Shown one piece after another: positions 13,310 through 29,121 of a stretch of 64,000 bases of DNA. The stretch comes from Eledone cirrhosa. Its lineage: Eukaryota. Each line of letters begins with the position of its first letter. Within the stretch, counting starts at the first letter, position 1. The stretch is from contig OZ024754.1 in the NCBI GenBank assembly GCA_964016885.1, forward strand, positions 9,362,001 to 9,426,000, given 5' to 3'. Made by a program: the position numbers and the translations under genes. A model generated the notes under the pieces. The model saw only the letters and a program-made list of their open reading frames with translations, ran no database searches and was not told where the DNA came from.

Positions 13310-15195
13310 CGACACACCCCCCAGTAACCACACACACACCAGTAACCCTACACACACCAGTAACCCTAACACCAGCCACCACACATACCAGCAACCCCAC
13401 ACACCAGCAAACCACACACCAGCAAACCCCCACACCAGCAAACCCCCACACCAGCAACCTCGCACACCAGCAAACCCACACACCAGCAACCCACACACCA
13501 ACAAACCACAGACTAGCAACCCCACACACCAGCAAACCACACACCAACAACCCCACACACCAGCAAACCACACACCAGCAACCCCCCACACAAGCAACCC
13601 TACACAGCAGCAACCCACACACCAGCAACCCCACACACCAGCAACCCCACACACCAGCAACCCACACACCAGCAACCCCACTCACCAGCAACCCACACAC
13701 CAGCAAACCACACACCAGCAACCCACCACACCAGCAACCCACACACCAACAAACCACACACCAGCAAACCACACACCAGCAACCCCACACACCAGCAACC
13801 CACACACCAGCAACCCCACACACCAGCAACCCACACACCAACAAACCACACACCAGCAAACCACACACCAGCAACCCCACACACCAGCAAACCACACACC
13901 GGCAACCCCACACACCAGCAACCCACACACCAGCAAACCACACACCAGCAACCCACACACCAGCAACCCCACACACCAGCAACCCCCCACACCAGCAACC
14001 CACACACCAACAATCCCACACACCAGCAAACCACACACCAACAATCCCACACACCAGCAAACCACACACCAGCAACCCCACACACCAGCAAACCACACAC
14101 CAGCAACCCACACACCAACAAACCACACACCAGCAACCCACACACCAGCAACCCCCCACACCAGAAACCCCGCACACCAGCAACCCACACACACCAGCAA
14201 CCCACACACCACAACCCCACACACAAGCAACCCCCACACCAGCAACCCCCCACACACCAGCAACCCACACACCACAACCCCACACACCAGAAACCCACAC
14301 ACCAGCAAACCACACACCAGCAACCCACACACCAGCAAACCACACACCAGCAAACCACACACCAGCAACCCCACACACCAGCAACCCACACACCAGCAAC
14401 CCCACTCACCAGCAAACCACACACCAGCAACCCACACACCAGCAACCCCACTCACCAGCAAACCACACACCAGCAACCCACACACCAACAAACCACACAC
14501 CAGCAACCCACACACCAACAAACCACACACCAGCAAACCACACACCAGCAACCCAACACACCAGAAAACCACACACCAGCAACCCACACACCAGCAACCC
14601 ACACACCAGCAAACCACACACCAGCAACCCCACACACCAGCAACCCACACACCAGCAACCCCACACACCAGCAACCCACACACCAGCAACCCCACTCACC
14701 AGCAAACCACACACCAGCAACCCACACACCAGCAAACCACACACCAGCAAACCACACACCAGAAACCCACACACCAGCAACCCCCAACACCAACAACCCA
14801 CACACAAGCAAACCACACACCAGCAACCCACACACCTGCAACCCCACACACCAGCAACCCCCCCACACCAGCAACCCCCCACACCAGCAACCCCCCCACA
14901 CACACCAGCAACCACCCACACACCACAACCCGGCACACCAGCAACCTCCCACACCACAACCCCCACACCACAACCGCCCACACCAGCAACCCGCCACACA
15001 CTAGCAACCCCCCACACACCAGCAACCTCCCACACCACAACCCCCACACCACAACCGCCCACACCACAACCCCCACACCACAACCGCCCACACCAGCAAC
15101 CCCCCACACACCAGCAACCCCCCACACCAGCAACCCCCCACACACCAGCAACCTCCCACACACCAGCAACCCCCCACACACCACAACCCCACAAC
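13310..15195. repeat. 15-16-bp C/A-rich minisatellite
   Basis: Unit CCAGCAACCC(C)ACACA / CCAGCAAACCACACA. Confidence 0.95.
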
Positions 15196-15382
15196 AGTCA
15201 TTACATCCTAAGTGTCTCAGAAAATATCACTATCATCCATCAGAATTCAGGCTGTTTTTTTCCTATTTTCTTTTTTCGTGTTTTTTTTTTACGTTTTTTT
15301 CACTCATAACTTTGATCTCCAATAGGTACATAATATATATAGAGAGAGACGAAAGATGAAGTTGGAAATATATATGTATATA

Positions 15383-15467
<85 letters not shown>

Positions 15468-15475
15468 GTGTGTGT

Positions 15476-15531
<56 letters not shown>

Positions 15532-15598
15532 ATATATATATATATATATGCGTGTGTATATGTATATGTGTGTGTATATATATATAAGTGTGTGTATA

Positions 15599-15647
<49 letters not shown>

Positions 15648-15682
15648 ATATATATATATGTGTGTGTGTATATATATATATG

Positions 15683-15713
<31 letters not shown>

Positions 15714-15790
15714 GTGTGTATACATATATATATGTATATATATATATATGTGTGTATACATATATATATGTATATATATATATGTGTGTG

Positions 15791-15822
<32 letters not shown>

Positions 15823-15989
15823 GACATAAGGTCACACCTATATACTATATACATTATACCACAAACACCTACACACACATATATATATATATATATACAT
15901 ACCACATACACTTACAAAAAATATATGTGCATATATGCTTTTTTTATGAGTGGGTCTCTCTCTCTGTCTCTCTCTTTCTCTGTGTGTGC

Positions 15990-16062
<73 letters not shown>

Positions 16063-16099
16063 TGTATATCTATATATATAAATATATAATGAATACACA

Positions 16100-18280
16100 C
16101 ACACATATGTACACACACAGACACACACAGACACACACACATGTATACACACAAACATACATATGTTTACACACAGACACACACATGTACACACACAGAC
16201 ACACATATGTATACACACAGACACACACATGTACACATACAGATACACACACGTGTAGACACACAGACACACACATATGTACACACATATGTATACACAT
16301 AGACATACATATGTATACACACAGACACACACATGTAAACACACAGACACATACATATGTATACACACAGACACACACATGTACACATACAGACACACAC
16401 ATGTATACACAGACACATACATGTATACACACAGACACGCACATATGTACACACACAGACACACACATATGGACACACACATGTATACACAGACATACAT
16501 ATGTATACACACATGTATACACACAGACATACATATGTATACACACAGACACACACACATGTATATACACAGACACACATATATACACAGACACTCACCA
16601 CAGACACACACAGACACACACACAGATATGTACATACAGACACATACACAGATGTGTACACACACACAGACACACACACAGACACACACAGATATGTACA
16701 CACAGACACATACACAGATGTGTACACACACACACCACACAGACACACACACAGATATGTACATACAGACACACACACAGATATGTACACACACACACCA
16801 CACAGATATGTACACACAGACACATACACATATGTGTACACACACACACCACACAGACACACACACAGATATGTACACACACACACCACACAGACACACA
16901 CACAGATATGTACACACACACCACACAGACACACACACAGATATGTACACACACACCACACAGACACATACACAGATATGTACACACACACACACAGATA
17001 TGTACACACACACCACACAGACACATACACAGATATGTACACAGACACACACACAGATATGTACACACACACACCACACAGACACACACACAGATGCGTA
17101 CACACACACACACACCACACAGACACACACACAGATATGTACATACAGACACATATACAGATGTGTACACACACACACCACACACACACAGATATGTACA
17201 TACAGACACATACACAGATGCGTACACACACACAAACACACACACACAGATATGTACATACAGACACATTCACAGATGTGTACACACACACAGACACACA
17301 CACAGATATATACATACAGACACATACACAAATGTGTACACACACACACCACACACACACACAGATATGTACACACAGACACATACACAAATGTGTACAC
17401 ACACACACCACACACACACACACACACAGATATGTACACACAGACACATACACAAATGTGTACACACACACCACACAGACACACACACAGATATGTACAC
17501 ACAGACACATACACAAATGTGTACACACACACACCACACACACACACAGATATGTACACACAGACACATACACAAGTGTGTACACACACACACCACACAC
17601 ACAGATATGTACACACAGACACATACACAGATGTGTACACACACACACCACACAGACACACACACACAGATATGTACATACAGACACATACACAAATGTG
17701 TACACACACACACCACACACACCACACAGACACACACACAGATATGTACACACAGACACATACACAAATGTGTACACACACACACCACACACACACACAG
17801 ATATGTACACACAGACACATACACAAATGTGTACACACACACACCACACACAGACACACACACTGATATGTACACAAAGACACATACACAAATGTGTACA
17901 CACACAAACCACACACACACACACACACCACACACACACACAGATATGTACATACAGACACATACACATGTGTACACACACACACCACACACACACACAC
18001 ACACAGATATGTACATACAGACACATACACAGATGTGTACACGCACACACCACACAGATATGTACACACAGACACATACACAGATGTGTACACACAGACA
18101 CATTCACAGATGTGTACACACACACAGACACACACACATATGTACATACAGACACATACACAGATGTGTACACGCACACACCACACAGATATGTACACAC
18201 AGACACATACACAGATGTGTACACACACACAGACACACACACACATATGTACACACACACACATACACAGATGTGTACAC
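16100..18280. repeat. CA-based compound satellite
   Basis: Recurring ACAGATATGTACAC / AGACACATACACAGATGTGTAC cores in (CA)n. Confidence 0.9.
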
Positions 18281-18411
18281 AGTTTATTGGAATGATTCAC
18301 ACACCCCCCCCCCCTCTGCCCTTCTTTAGAGATGAAAGTATCATAAAGAGTAATTATAGCAGAACTGTGATACTCAAGACAAACTTTCCCCAGACACCAT
18401 TATCTTATTGT

Positions 18412-19940
18412 CCACTACTACACCACCACCACTACTACCATACCACCACCGCTATACCACCAGTACACCACCACCACTACTACCATACCACCACCACTAT
18501 ACCACCAGTACACCACCACCACTACTACCATACCACCACCAGTACACCACCACCACTACTACCATACCACCACCGCTATACCACCAGTACACCACCACCA
18601 CTACTACCATACCACCACCGCTATACCGCCACCACTATACCACCAGTACACCACCACCACTACTACCATACCACCACCACTATACCACCACTACTACCAT
18701 ACCACCACCAGTATACCACCACCACTATACCACCAGTACACCACCACCACTACTACCATATCACCACCACTATACCACCAGTACACCACCACCACTATAC
18801 CACCAGTACACCACCACCACTACTACCATACCACCACCAGTACACCACCACCACTACTACCATACCACCACCACTATACCACCAGTACACCACCACCACT
18901 ACTACCATACCACCACCACTATACCCCCAGTACACCACCACCACTACTAAACCACTACTACCATACCACCACCACTACACCAGTACACCACCACCACTAT
19001 ACCACCAGTACACCACCACCACTATACCACCACTACTACCATACCACCACCACTATACCACCACCACTATACCACCACTACTACCATACCACCACCACTA
19101 TACCACCAGTACACCACCATCACTACTAAACCACTACTACTACCATACCACCACCACTACTACCATACCACCACCACTATACCACCAGTATACCACCACC
19201 ACTACTACCATACCACCACCACTATACCACCAGTACACCACCATCAGTACACCACCACCACTACTAAACCACCACCACCACTATACCACCAGTACATCAC
19301 CACCACTACTAAACCACTACTACCATACCACCACCACTATACCACCAGTACACCACCACCACTACTAAACCACTACTACCATACCACCACCACTATACCA
19401 CCAGTACACCACCACCACTACCATACCACCACCAATAATACCACCACCACCACCACCCCCAACACCACAGTCACCACCACCAACACCACTAACAACAACA
19501 CCACCAACAGCAACACCACCAACACCAACACCACCAACAACAACACCAACAACACCACCAACAGCAGCAACACCCCCACCCCCAACACCAACACCACCAA
19601 TAATACCACTACCACCACCCCCAACACCACAGTCACCAACACCAACACCACCAATAAAACCACCACCACCACCACCACCACAGTCACCAACACCAACACC
19701 ACCAACAACAACACCAACACCACCATCACCACCACCACCACCACCACCACAGTCACCAACACCAACACCACCAACAACACCAATAATACCACCATCACCA
19801 CCACCACTACCAACACCACCACCACCACCACCACAGTCACCAACACCAACACCACCACCAACACCACCAATAATACCACCATCACCACCACCCCCAACAC
19901 CAACACCACCAACAACACCACCACCACCACCCCACTACCA
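18412..19940. repeat. (CCA)/(CTA)/(CAA) trinucleotide-derived satellite, two sub-arrays
   Basis: TACCACCAGTACACCACCACCACTAC units to about 19430, then CACCAACAC/CAGTCACC units. Confidence 0.9.
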
Positions 19941-20740
19941 AGAACACTAGTAAAAAAAAAAAAAAAATAGTCTTGTTGAGTTAGTGACTTTCAGTAATAT
20001 TATTATCAGAGCCCCCAATTCCACAGAGACCATAATATATAATATACTTGACAGTATAACCATGTGATATTCCTTTCATATCATAGCTTCCCAACACTTT
20101 TTATTAATCTTATTTGCTTTTATTTTATATCAGCTTTTTCCCCCTTCCTATTTCTATAACTTTAGGAGGAGTAGGGGGAGTAGGAGAAAGAGGAGGAGTA
20201 GGTGGATTGGGGTGGGTGGGTGGGTGAGGAGAAGGTGACCATCTTTGTGTTATGTAATTTAGCTGAAGTATCTACAATGCTACTACTATCTCTTTCTTTC
20301 TTTCTTTTATTTTTTTGGGGTGGGGGTGGGGGTGGGGGGGGAGAAGGAGTTTGCGGGGGGGGGGGGTTATGAGTATTTTCATTTTGTGTGTCCTGTTACC
20401 TCTTTATTCCTGTAGCTATTAACTATTTCTGTCATTCTTATCTCTCTCTCTATATATATATATATATATCATCATCATCATATATATAATGTATGTATGT
20501 ATATATGTATGTAAAAATAATAACAAAAATAACAAAACAAATGGCACAGTACATGGAAGAAATATATTAGTTTAACACTTGAAAAAGCAGAAAGAGAGTC
20601 TTGTTCGGACACTAGTCAGAAGATACAGTTTGAAATAAAAGATAAATAAAAAATAAATAAAAAGTAAAGAATGATGAGAGGAAGGAACTGGGGGAAATGA
20701 GTAAAAGATTGGTGAGGAAATAAAAAAACACACTCTTGGA

Positions 20741-20784
<44 letters not shown>

Positions 20785-21039
20785 GGTTAGCTTTCCCCTG
20801 TGTTGTTTACTTGTCTCACTTGCTTTACGGGTTTCAATTGTCCTAATAACTTATTTTAGTTATTATCGCACCAACGTGAGGTATATGATTTTTAATGCGA
20901 TGAAATACCAATGATGGTTGGCAAATCACTGATGAGGGACTCATTTTATAACATGTAATCCATGTGCAACCATGCAGTATTCTTCTCCCCATATTTTTCA
21001 TATATATATATATATGCATTCATGAGTTTTTTTATCAAA

Positions 21040-21190
21040 TAATTGTTTCCACTTTTGGCACAAGGCCAGTAATTACCCAGTACATTACTGGTACTTTATT
21101 TTATCGACCCCATAAGGATGAATGGTAAAGTTAACCCCGACGGGATTTGAACTCAGCATGGCGTCCAACCCTCTACCGATACTGTGAATT
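21040..21190 (-). mobile_element. SINE family B with internal deletion
   Basis: Reverse complement of the family B body; the segment between GAACTCAG and CATGGCGTCC is missing. Confidence 0.8.
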
Positions 21191-21322
21191 CACTGTTTGC
21201 AAGCAAACAGCCTCATGACACAATGTGTTTTAGAAGACTAATATCATGTTTTTGTTCCATTGGTAACAGAAAGAAGCAATTGACAATTGTGCTCTTCAGA
21301 TCTCAACCGGTTGCAGTTTCAA

Positions 21323-21906
21323 TCATCATCATCATCATTTCATTTTATGTCCGCTTTTTCCCTGCTTGCAAGGGTGGGACGGGAACTGATTCTGGCTTGA
21401 TTTCTACAGCTGGATGCCCTTCCTAACACCAACCTCATTTACAGTGAGTGATGGGTGCCTTTTTTGCCGTGGCACCTACACGTCCACTTTACAGTGTGGG
21501 CTGGGTGCCTTTTTGCCGTGGCACCTACACGTCCACTTTACAGTGTGGGCTGGGTGCCTTTTTGCCGTGGCACCTACACGTCCACTTTACAGTGTGGGCT
21601 GGGTGCTTTTTTGCTGTGGCACCTCCACGGCCACTTTACAGTGTGGGCTGGGTGCCTTTTTGCCGTGGCACCTACACGTCCACTTTACAGTGTGGGCTGG
21701 GTGCTTTTTTGCTGTGGCACCTCCACGACCACTTTGCAGTGGAATGATAGGGACCCCAGTCCCTATCATCTCATTTCTACAGCTGAGTAAACTGGAGCAA
21801 TGTGAAATAAAGTGTCTTGTTCAAGGAAACAACACATCACCCGGTCTGAGAATTGAACTCACAACCTTTCGATTGCAAGGCTCTAACCACTAAGCCATGT
21901 GCTTCC
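21323..21906 (-). mobile_element. Full-length SINE family A with five extra 49-bp internal units
   Basis: Reverse complement of 21922-22277; GGCACC recurs at 21471, 21520, 21569, 21618, 21667 and 21716. Confidence 0.9.
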
Positions 21907-21921
21907 AATATATGTATATAA

Positions 21922-22277
21922 GGAGGTACATGGCTTAGTGGTTAGAGCATTGGCCTTGCAATCGAAAGTTTGTGAGTTCAATTCTCAGCCCGGGTGATGT
22001 GTTGTTTCCTTGAGCAAGACACTTTATTTCACATTGCTCCAGTTTACTCAGCTGTAGAAATTAGATGATAGGGACTGGGGTCCATATCATTCCACTGCAA
22101 AGTGGTCGTGGAGGTGCCACGGCAAACAAGCACCCAGCACTCACTGTAAATGAGGTTGGTGTTAGGAAGGGCATCCAGCTGTAGAAATCAAGCCAGAATC
22201 AGTTCCCGTCCCACCCTTGCAAGCAGGGAAAAAGCGGACGTAAAACGATGATGATGATGATGATGATGATGATTGAT
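21922..22277 (+). mobile_element. Full-length SINE family A (tRNA head, CORE-like domain, RTE-like tail, (GAT)n)
   Basis: A box TGGCTTAGTGG, B box GTTCAATTC, TTGAGCAAGACACTT, tail CCCGTCCCACCCTTGCAAGCAGGGAAAAAGCGGACGTAAAACGATGATG. Confidence 0.9.
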
Positions 22278-22457
22278 GGGAAGAGATATATTAGATATAT
22301 TCGATATGTCTGATATGAAATAAAACAGCCAATTTTCCATGCAATACTTTTAGTTAGAACCCCGAACGCTTAATTAGGAATATACTCACTTATTTCCTAA
22401 TGTTTGTTGAGTGAGTTGGAATTTGGCCGGAGTATCGCTAAAAACCTTTCTCCGATA

Positions 22458-22493
<36 letters not shown>

Positions 22494-22636
22494 AAAGGCA
22501 GACAGTCAGTCAGACAAACAGACCATGATCAATGAATCTATTAAGTTTACATATTGATTGATTGACCTATCTAACTTACCAATTTTAATATTTTCCTTAT
22601 TTTAATAGTTCTTCAACTTTCATATTTATATATACA

Positions 22637-22713
<77 letters not shown>

Positions 22714-22746
22714 TATATATTATTATATTATATATATATATATTAT

Positions 22747-22801
<55 letters not shown>

Positions 22802-22980
22802 AATGTATGTATATGTATATATATATGTATGTATATGTATATATAAATGTATGTATATGAATATATATATATGTATATATATATATATATGTGTGTATAT
22901 ATATATGTATGTATATATATATATATGTGTATATATATATGTATGTGTATATATATGTATGTATATATATATGTGTGTAT

Positions 22981-23018
<38 letters not shown>

Positions 23019-23023
23019 TTATG

Positions 23024-23060
<37 letters not shown>

Positions 23061-23211
23061 ATTATATATATATATATATATAATATCTATGCAAGTGTAA
23101 GTATAGATATATATTCAAACAGTGTAAATACACTTATGTATATACACACATTTTTAGATTCATTGACACATACAAATATACTTTACATGCATACACGTAC
23201 CCACACACACG

Positions 23212-23244
<33 letters not shown>

Positions 23245-23457
23245 GCATACACACACACATATATATATATATGCATACACACACACACAGATACATATAT
23301 ATATGCACCAATGTAACATTACATATAATTACATCACTTCCAACAAACAAACATTATATATATATATATATATATATTTATGTGTGTTTCTGGATGTGTA
23401 CATTTCATTTTATATATGTTTCCATGCTGATGTATATGTCAACGTACATTGTATACA

Positions 23458-23490
<33 letters not shown>

Positions 23491-23617
23491 CACAGATACA
23501 TATATTTATACAAATATACACGCATACATATATTTATACAAATATACACACACACGCACACATATATATATATATACATAGATATATTTATACAAATATA
23601 CATATATATATACACAT

Positions 23618-23675
<58 letters not shown>

Positions 23676-23756
23676 ACATATAAATAAATATATATATATA
23701 TATATACATATATATACATATATATATATATTTATTTTTATGTACATATATATATG

Positions 23757-23801
<45 letters not shown>

Positions 23802-23927
23802 ATATATATTTATATATGTATGTATATATATATTTATTTATATGTACAGAAATGTATGTATGTATATATATATTTATATGTACAGATATATATGTATGTA
23901 TATATATATATTTATTTATATGTACAG

Positions 23928-23959
<32 letters not shown>

Positions 23960-24000
23960 GTGTATATATATATATGTATATTTGTATAAATATATCTATG

Positions 24001-24066
<66 letters not shown>

Positions 24067-24279
24067 CATATATACATATATATATATACACACACATATA
24101 TATATATATATTCATGCACTCGCACACACATATTCAAATATCTATAGCAGCCATTTACACATGCATACAGTTCCCACAAAAGCTTAACATCAACATCAAC
24201 ACACATTTGGTGAATATGGAAAGAAAGAAACAGCTAACAGCTAAAGTTCTGGTAATATCAATAACTAAATATTTATCAG

Positions 24280-24560
24280 AGACATCTATGGCGATGAGAT
24301 AAGAGAGATATCGGAATTTTATGGCTCCAGTCTTTAGAATTAGTCCAATTTACTTATTCAATAATTCTATCGACTACAACTCTGCGATATCCACAATAGA
24401 AGAGCGACTTTGTTTGCTTAAGACTGAAGTCAATAAAAGATTACAACTAACTGATTGATTTCAAAATATTGATCCCTAACATTGTTTATATAGGAGATGA
24501 TGAAACTGCTAAGGAAATATTTGTTTAAGGGACAGTCGATATTTTTGGAACAAATTAAAT
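24280..24560 (+). pseudogene. Possible degraded hAT (ZMYM1-like) transposase remnant
   Basis: Broken frames give [23 protein letters not shown] and EVNKRLQL, reminiscent of the region preceding the hAT dimerisation domain; recognised by eye only. Confidence 0.3.
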
Positions 24561-25544
24561 TGATAGCTGACTGTGATAATTCTTGGTTAAAAAAGACAAA
24601 CAAACACACACGAAAGTAACAAAATAAAAACATAGTAGTAACATAGCTAAGACATGGCTGTGTGTTGGTATGTTCAGAAGCTGTCAATAAGACTCTCTCT
24701 ACTTCAATAGAATCCTTTAAGATTCATGAATGAATGGCAAGAGATGGGGGGAGAGTGGAGAGTTGGTAAGAGTGGGAGGGAGTGTGGTGAGGGAATGGTG
24801 AGAGAGTGGAGGGGTGGCCAGAGATGGGGGGGGGGAGAGTGGAGAGATGGCAAGAGTTGGAGGGAGAATGGTGAGAGAGTGGAGGGGTGGCCAGAGTTGG
24901 ATGGAGAGTGAAGAGAGAGTGGAGGGAGAGTGGAGGTTTGGCCAGAGCTGGAGGGAGAGTGGTGGGAGAGTGGAGAGAGAGAGTGGAGAGAGAGAGAGTG
25001 GAGAGAGAGTGTGGTGGGTGAGTGGTGGGAAAACAAGATGGCCGTTGAAGTGGCCTTTGTGGATGAATCAATGTAATGTAAGATATGGTTATTGGTAAGA
25101 TGGCAGGGTAAGGAGTGACAGGGTGGTGGGGAGCGGGGGGGTGAGGAGTGACAGGGTGAGGAGTGACAGGGTAAGGGTTGTGGAAGGTGGCACATGGATT
25201 TATGTGTAATAAGCAAATCAAGATGAAGTGGAGGGGAAAGACATTTTGTAGTGACTATCATGATATGTAGGAGAGGCATGGTGATGTGGTTCTTTGAATT
25301 TGTGTATTCCTTGTTAAACTATTGATTGAATGGTGTAAAGCACCGTGATGGGTAAATGGTGGGATACATCAGTGGGTAAAACAACAACAAACAATAATAA
25401 ATATATATAAAATGTAAATTTGTTCAGTTTGTGAATCAGATTCGACATTCCTGCCTCTGTACTTCCTGGTTTACAAGGATGGCGTCACAAATTTAAACAA
25501 TTGGACTGGAACATGTCTCATCTTTTTGGGGTGTCAAACATACG

Positions 25545-26980
25545 TACATATACACACACATATACATACATATGTATTCATATACACATATATACACATA
25601 CATATACACACATATACATACATATGTATTCATATACACATATATACACATACATATACACACATATACATACATATGTATTCATATACACATATATACA
25701 CATACATATACACACACATTTACATACATATGTATTCATATACACATATATACACATACATATACACACATATACATACATATGTATTCATATACACATA
25801 TATACACATACATATACATACATATGTATTCATAAACACATATACACACATACATATACACACACATATACATACATATGTATTCATACACACATATACA
25901 CACATACATATACATACATATGTATTCATATACACATATATACACATACATATACACACACATTTACATACATATGTATTCATATATACATATACACACA
26001 TATACATACATATGTATTCATATACACATACATATACACACACATTTACATACACATGTATTCATATACACATATATACACATACATATACACACACATA
26101 TACATACATATGTATTCATATACACATATATACACACACATATACATACATATGTATTCATATACACATATATACACATACATATACACACACATATACA
26201 TACATATGTATTCATACACATATATACACACATACATATACATACATATGTATTCATATACACATATATACACATACATATACACACACATTTACATACA
26301 TATGTATTCATATATACATATACACACATATACATACATATGTATTCATATATACATATACACACATATACATACATATGTATTCATATACACATACATA
26401 TACACACACATTTACATACATATGTATTCATATACACATATATACACATACATATACACACATATACATACATATGTATTCATATACAAATATACACACA
26501 TACATATACACACACATATACATACATATGTATTCATATACACTTATACACACATACATATACACACACATATACATACATATGTATTCATATATACATA
26601 TATACACATACACACACATTTACATACATATGTATTCATATACACATATACACATATACACACATACATATACACACACATATACATACATATGTATTCA
26701 TATACACATATATACACATACATATACACACACATATACATACATATGTATTCATATACACATATACACACAGCCATATACACACACATATACATACATA
26801 TGTATTCAGATACACATATACACACATACATATACACACACATATACATACATATGTATTCATATACACACAAACAATTGTATACATAGATAGGCACATA
26901 TATACACACATATACATCATATATAGACACATACACATATATACACATACACATACATACATATGTATTCATATACACAT
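25545..26980. repeat. CATACATATGTATTCATATACAC-core satellite
   Basis: Core repeated many times with variable CA/TA linkers. Confidence 0.92.
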
Positions 26981-27145
26981 GTAAATGTGGTTGGTGTTAG
27001 GAAGGGCATCCAACTGTAGAAAACCTGCCAGACAGTCCTATGCGAGCAAGACAATCACTCTTGCCTCAAGTGGGACTACCCCCGTCCAAACCCATGCAAG
27101 CGTGGAACACGGACGTTAAACGTTGATGATGATGATGATGATGAT
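26978..27145 (+). mobile_element. 5'-truncated SINE/RTE-type tail ending in (GAT)n
   Basis: TGGTTGGTGTTAGGAAGGGCATCC...CCATGCAAGCGTGGAACACGGACGTTAAACG; near-identical at 48109-48237 and 51000-51170. Confidence 0.8.
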
Positions 27146-27336
27146 GTACAATCAATTGTATACATAGATACATATTCACATATATACACACACACGTATA
27201 CACTGTATATATACACATATATACACATACAAACACACATACATATATATTCATATACACACTTAGAATCAGTTGTATACATAGATACAAACACATATAT
27301 ACACATAGATACATACACACATATATACACACACAT

Positions 27337-27369
<33 letters not shown>

Positions 27370-27974
27370 CAAACACACATATACACTATATATATATATA
27401 TACAAACACACATATATAAATCATACACACACATGTCTTCATATACACACTTACAATCAATTATATACATAGATACATACACACATATACACACACATAT
27501 ACACATACACACATATATACGCATACACATACACACATACACATATATACACACGTATATACACATGCACACATATATACACATGCACACATATATATAT
27601 ACATATATACACACATACATGTGGAAAAATGGGCGTTAAACGGTGATAATGATATATACATAAACATATACACACATATACATATATATATATAACACAT
27701 ACATACATACACACATGCATCTTTCTGGGGTGTTAAACACATACACACACATGCATATACATTCACATACACACATACACACATACAATCAATTGTATAC
27801 ATAGATACGTACATACACACACACATATGCATATACATTCAAATACACAAAACATACACATATACATACATACACACATATACACACATACATACATACA
27901 CAAATATACATACAATGCTAGCATTGAAGAATAGACATAAAATGGTGCGATGATGATGATATACATATATACAC

Positions 27975-28018
<44 letters not shown>

Positions 28019-28164
28019 TTTGTTAGAAGTGCCTACTGACTGTAGGTTTCGCTTTGTACTTAGGCAAGGTGGGTCTTCTGTATGACTGTGTAGCGCCAAA
28101 TATATATATATATATATGTATACAATATATTAACAAATGGAAACTATATTTATAAAACCATATT

Positions 28165-28230
28165 TATTTCATTATACATATTTCAAGGGCCACCAGAGCA
28201 AACTATGGTGCATTTTCATCAGATGAAATA
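28165..28230 (-). ncRNA. Type I minimal hammerhead ribozyme motif
   Basis: Minus strand: UAUUUCAU-CUGAUGA-AAUGCACCAUAGUUUGCUCUGGUGGCCCUU-GAAA-UAUGUAUA-AUGAAAUA; perfect 8-bp stem I. Confidence 0.75.
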
Positions 28231-28324
28231 TAATATAGGTTAGTTTTATAAATAAATATTGACATACCCTTAAAAAATGCAACCATTCTGGTTGGAATCT
28301 TCTGGATAAAACTAACCTATAATA

Positions 28325-28390
28325 TATTTTATCTGATGAAAGTGCACCATAGTTTGCTCTGGTGGCCCTTGAAATATGTATAATGAAATA
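28325..28390 (+). ncRNA. Type I minimal hammerhead ribozyme motif
   Basis: UAUUUUAU-CUGAUGA(28333-39)-stem II-GAAA(28371-74)-UAUGUAUA-AUGAAAUA; stem I has one G-U pair. Confidence 0.75.
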
Positions 28391-28666
28391 AATATGGTTT
28401 TATAAATATAGTTTCCATTTGTTAATATATTGTATATATATATATATGTATATATATATATAAGCAAAGAGATATTTAATTTGTTGGTTATTCAACAAAT
28501 TTATTTATAACAGATTCAAAGCACTCTACAAGGTTCTTCTGGAGTATAATATCAATCATATTAATAAATGGAAACTATATTTATAAAACCATATTTATTC
28601 TATTATAAGAATGGTTGCATTTTTTAAGGGTATGTCAATATTTATTTATAAAACTAACCTATATTA

Positions 28667-28732
28667 TATTTTATCTGATGAAAGTGCACCATAGTTTGCT
28701 CTGGTGGCCCTTGAAATATGTATAATGAAATA
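28667..28732 (+). ncRNA. Type I minimal hammerhead ribozyme motif
   Basis: Identical to 28325-28390. Confidence 0.75.
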
Positions 28733-28861
28733 AATATGGTTTTATAAATATAGTTTCCATTTGTTAATATATTGTATATTTACTCCAATAATTTGTTGAG
28801 TGCTTTATATCAATTATAAAAATATTTTTAGCTTGTTGTATCCCAACAAATTAAATATAAC

Positions 28862-28894
<33 letters not shown>

Positions 28895-28896
<2 letters not shown>

Positions 28897-29085
28897 GGAA
28901 CAAGTAAGACCCCGACGGCTGAGCTCAAGCCGTTTCGACGGCTAATTCGCTGTCGAATTAGCCGTCGAAACGGCTTGAGCTCAGCCGTCGGGGTCTTACT
29001 TGTTCCTATTACCCACTCTACTACCCTAAGTATTGAGTACTTTGGTGCGTTATGGTCCACCTGGTTCCTTACCACATTTCCTTCG

Positions 29086-29121
<36 letters not shown>

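Larger units (their letters stand above)
28118..28860. mobile_element. Penelope-like pseudo-LTR cluster (inverted and tandem copies) in (TA)n
   Basis: Copies at about 28118-28288 (minus), 28306-28437 (plus), 28470-28600 (minus, diverged) and 28607-28860 (plus); three carry hammerhead cores. Confidence 0.65.

Noticed and set aside
11206-19930. Long HT/YI/CV-rich ORFs
   Set aside because: Translations of CA/TA/CCA satellites, open on both strands.
20925-20985. Hammerhead candidate CTGATGAGGGA...TCC
   Set aside because: No GAAA after the putative stem II; at best a decayed remnant.
21922-21995. tRNA gene
   Set aside because: A and B boxes are present but continue directly into the SINE body and tail; many degenerate copies; no clear cloverleaf acceptor stem.
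25030-25490. YY1/ETS-like promoter motifs (AAGATGGCCG, ACTTCCTG, GATGGCG)
   Set aside because: Short motifs expected by chance; no associated gene.
28018-28100. Hammerhead-like GAAAC..GTC on the minus strand (related copy at about 50625-50705)
   Set aside because: The core reads CAGAAGA and stems I/II do not pair convincingly.
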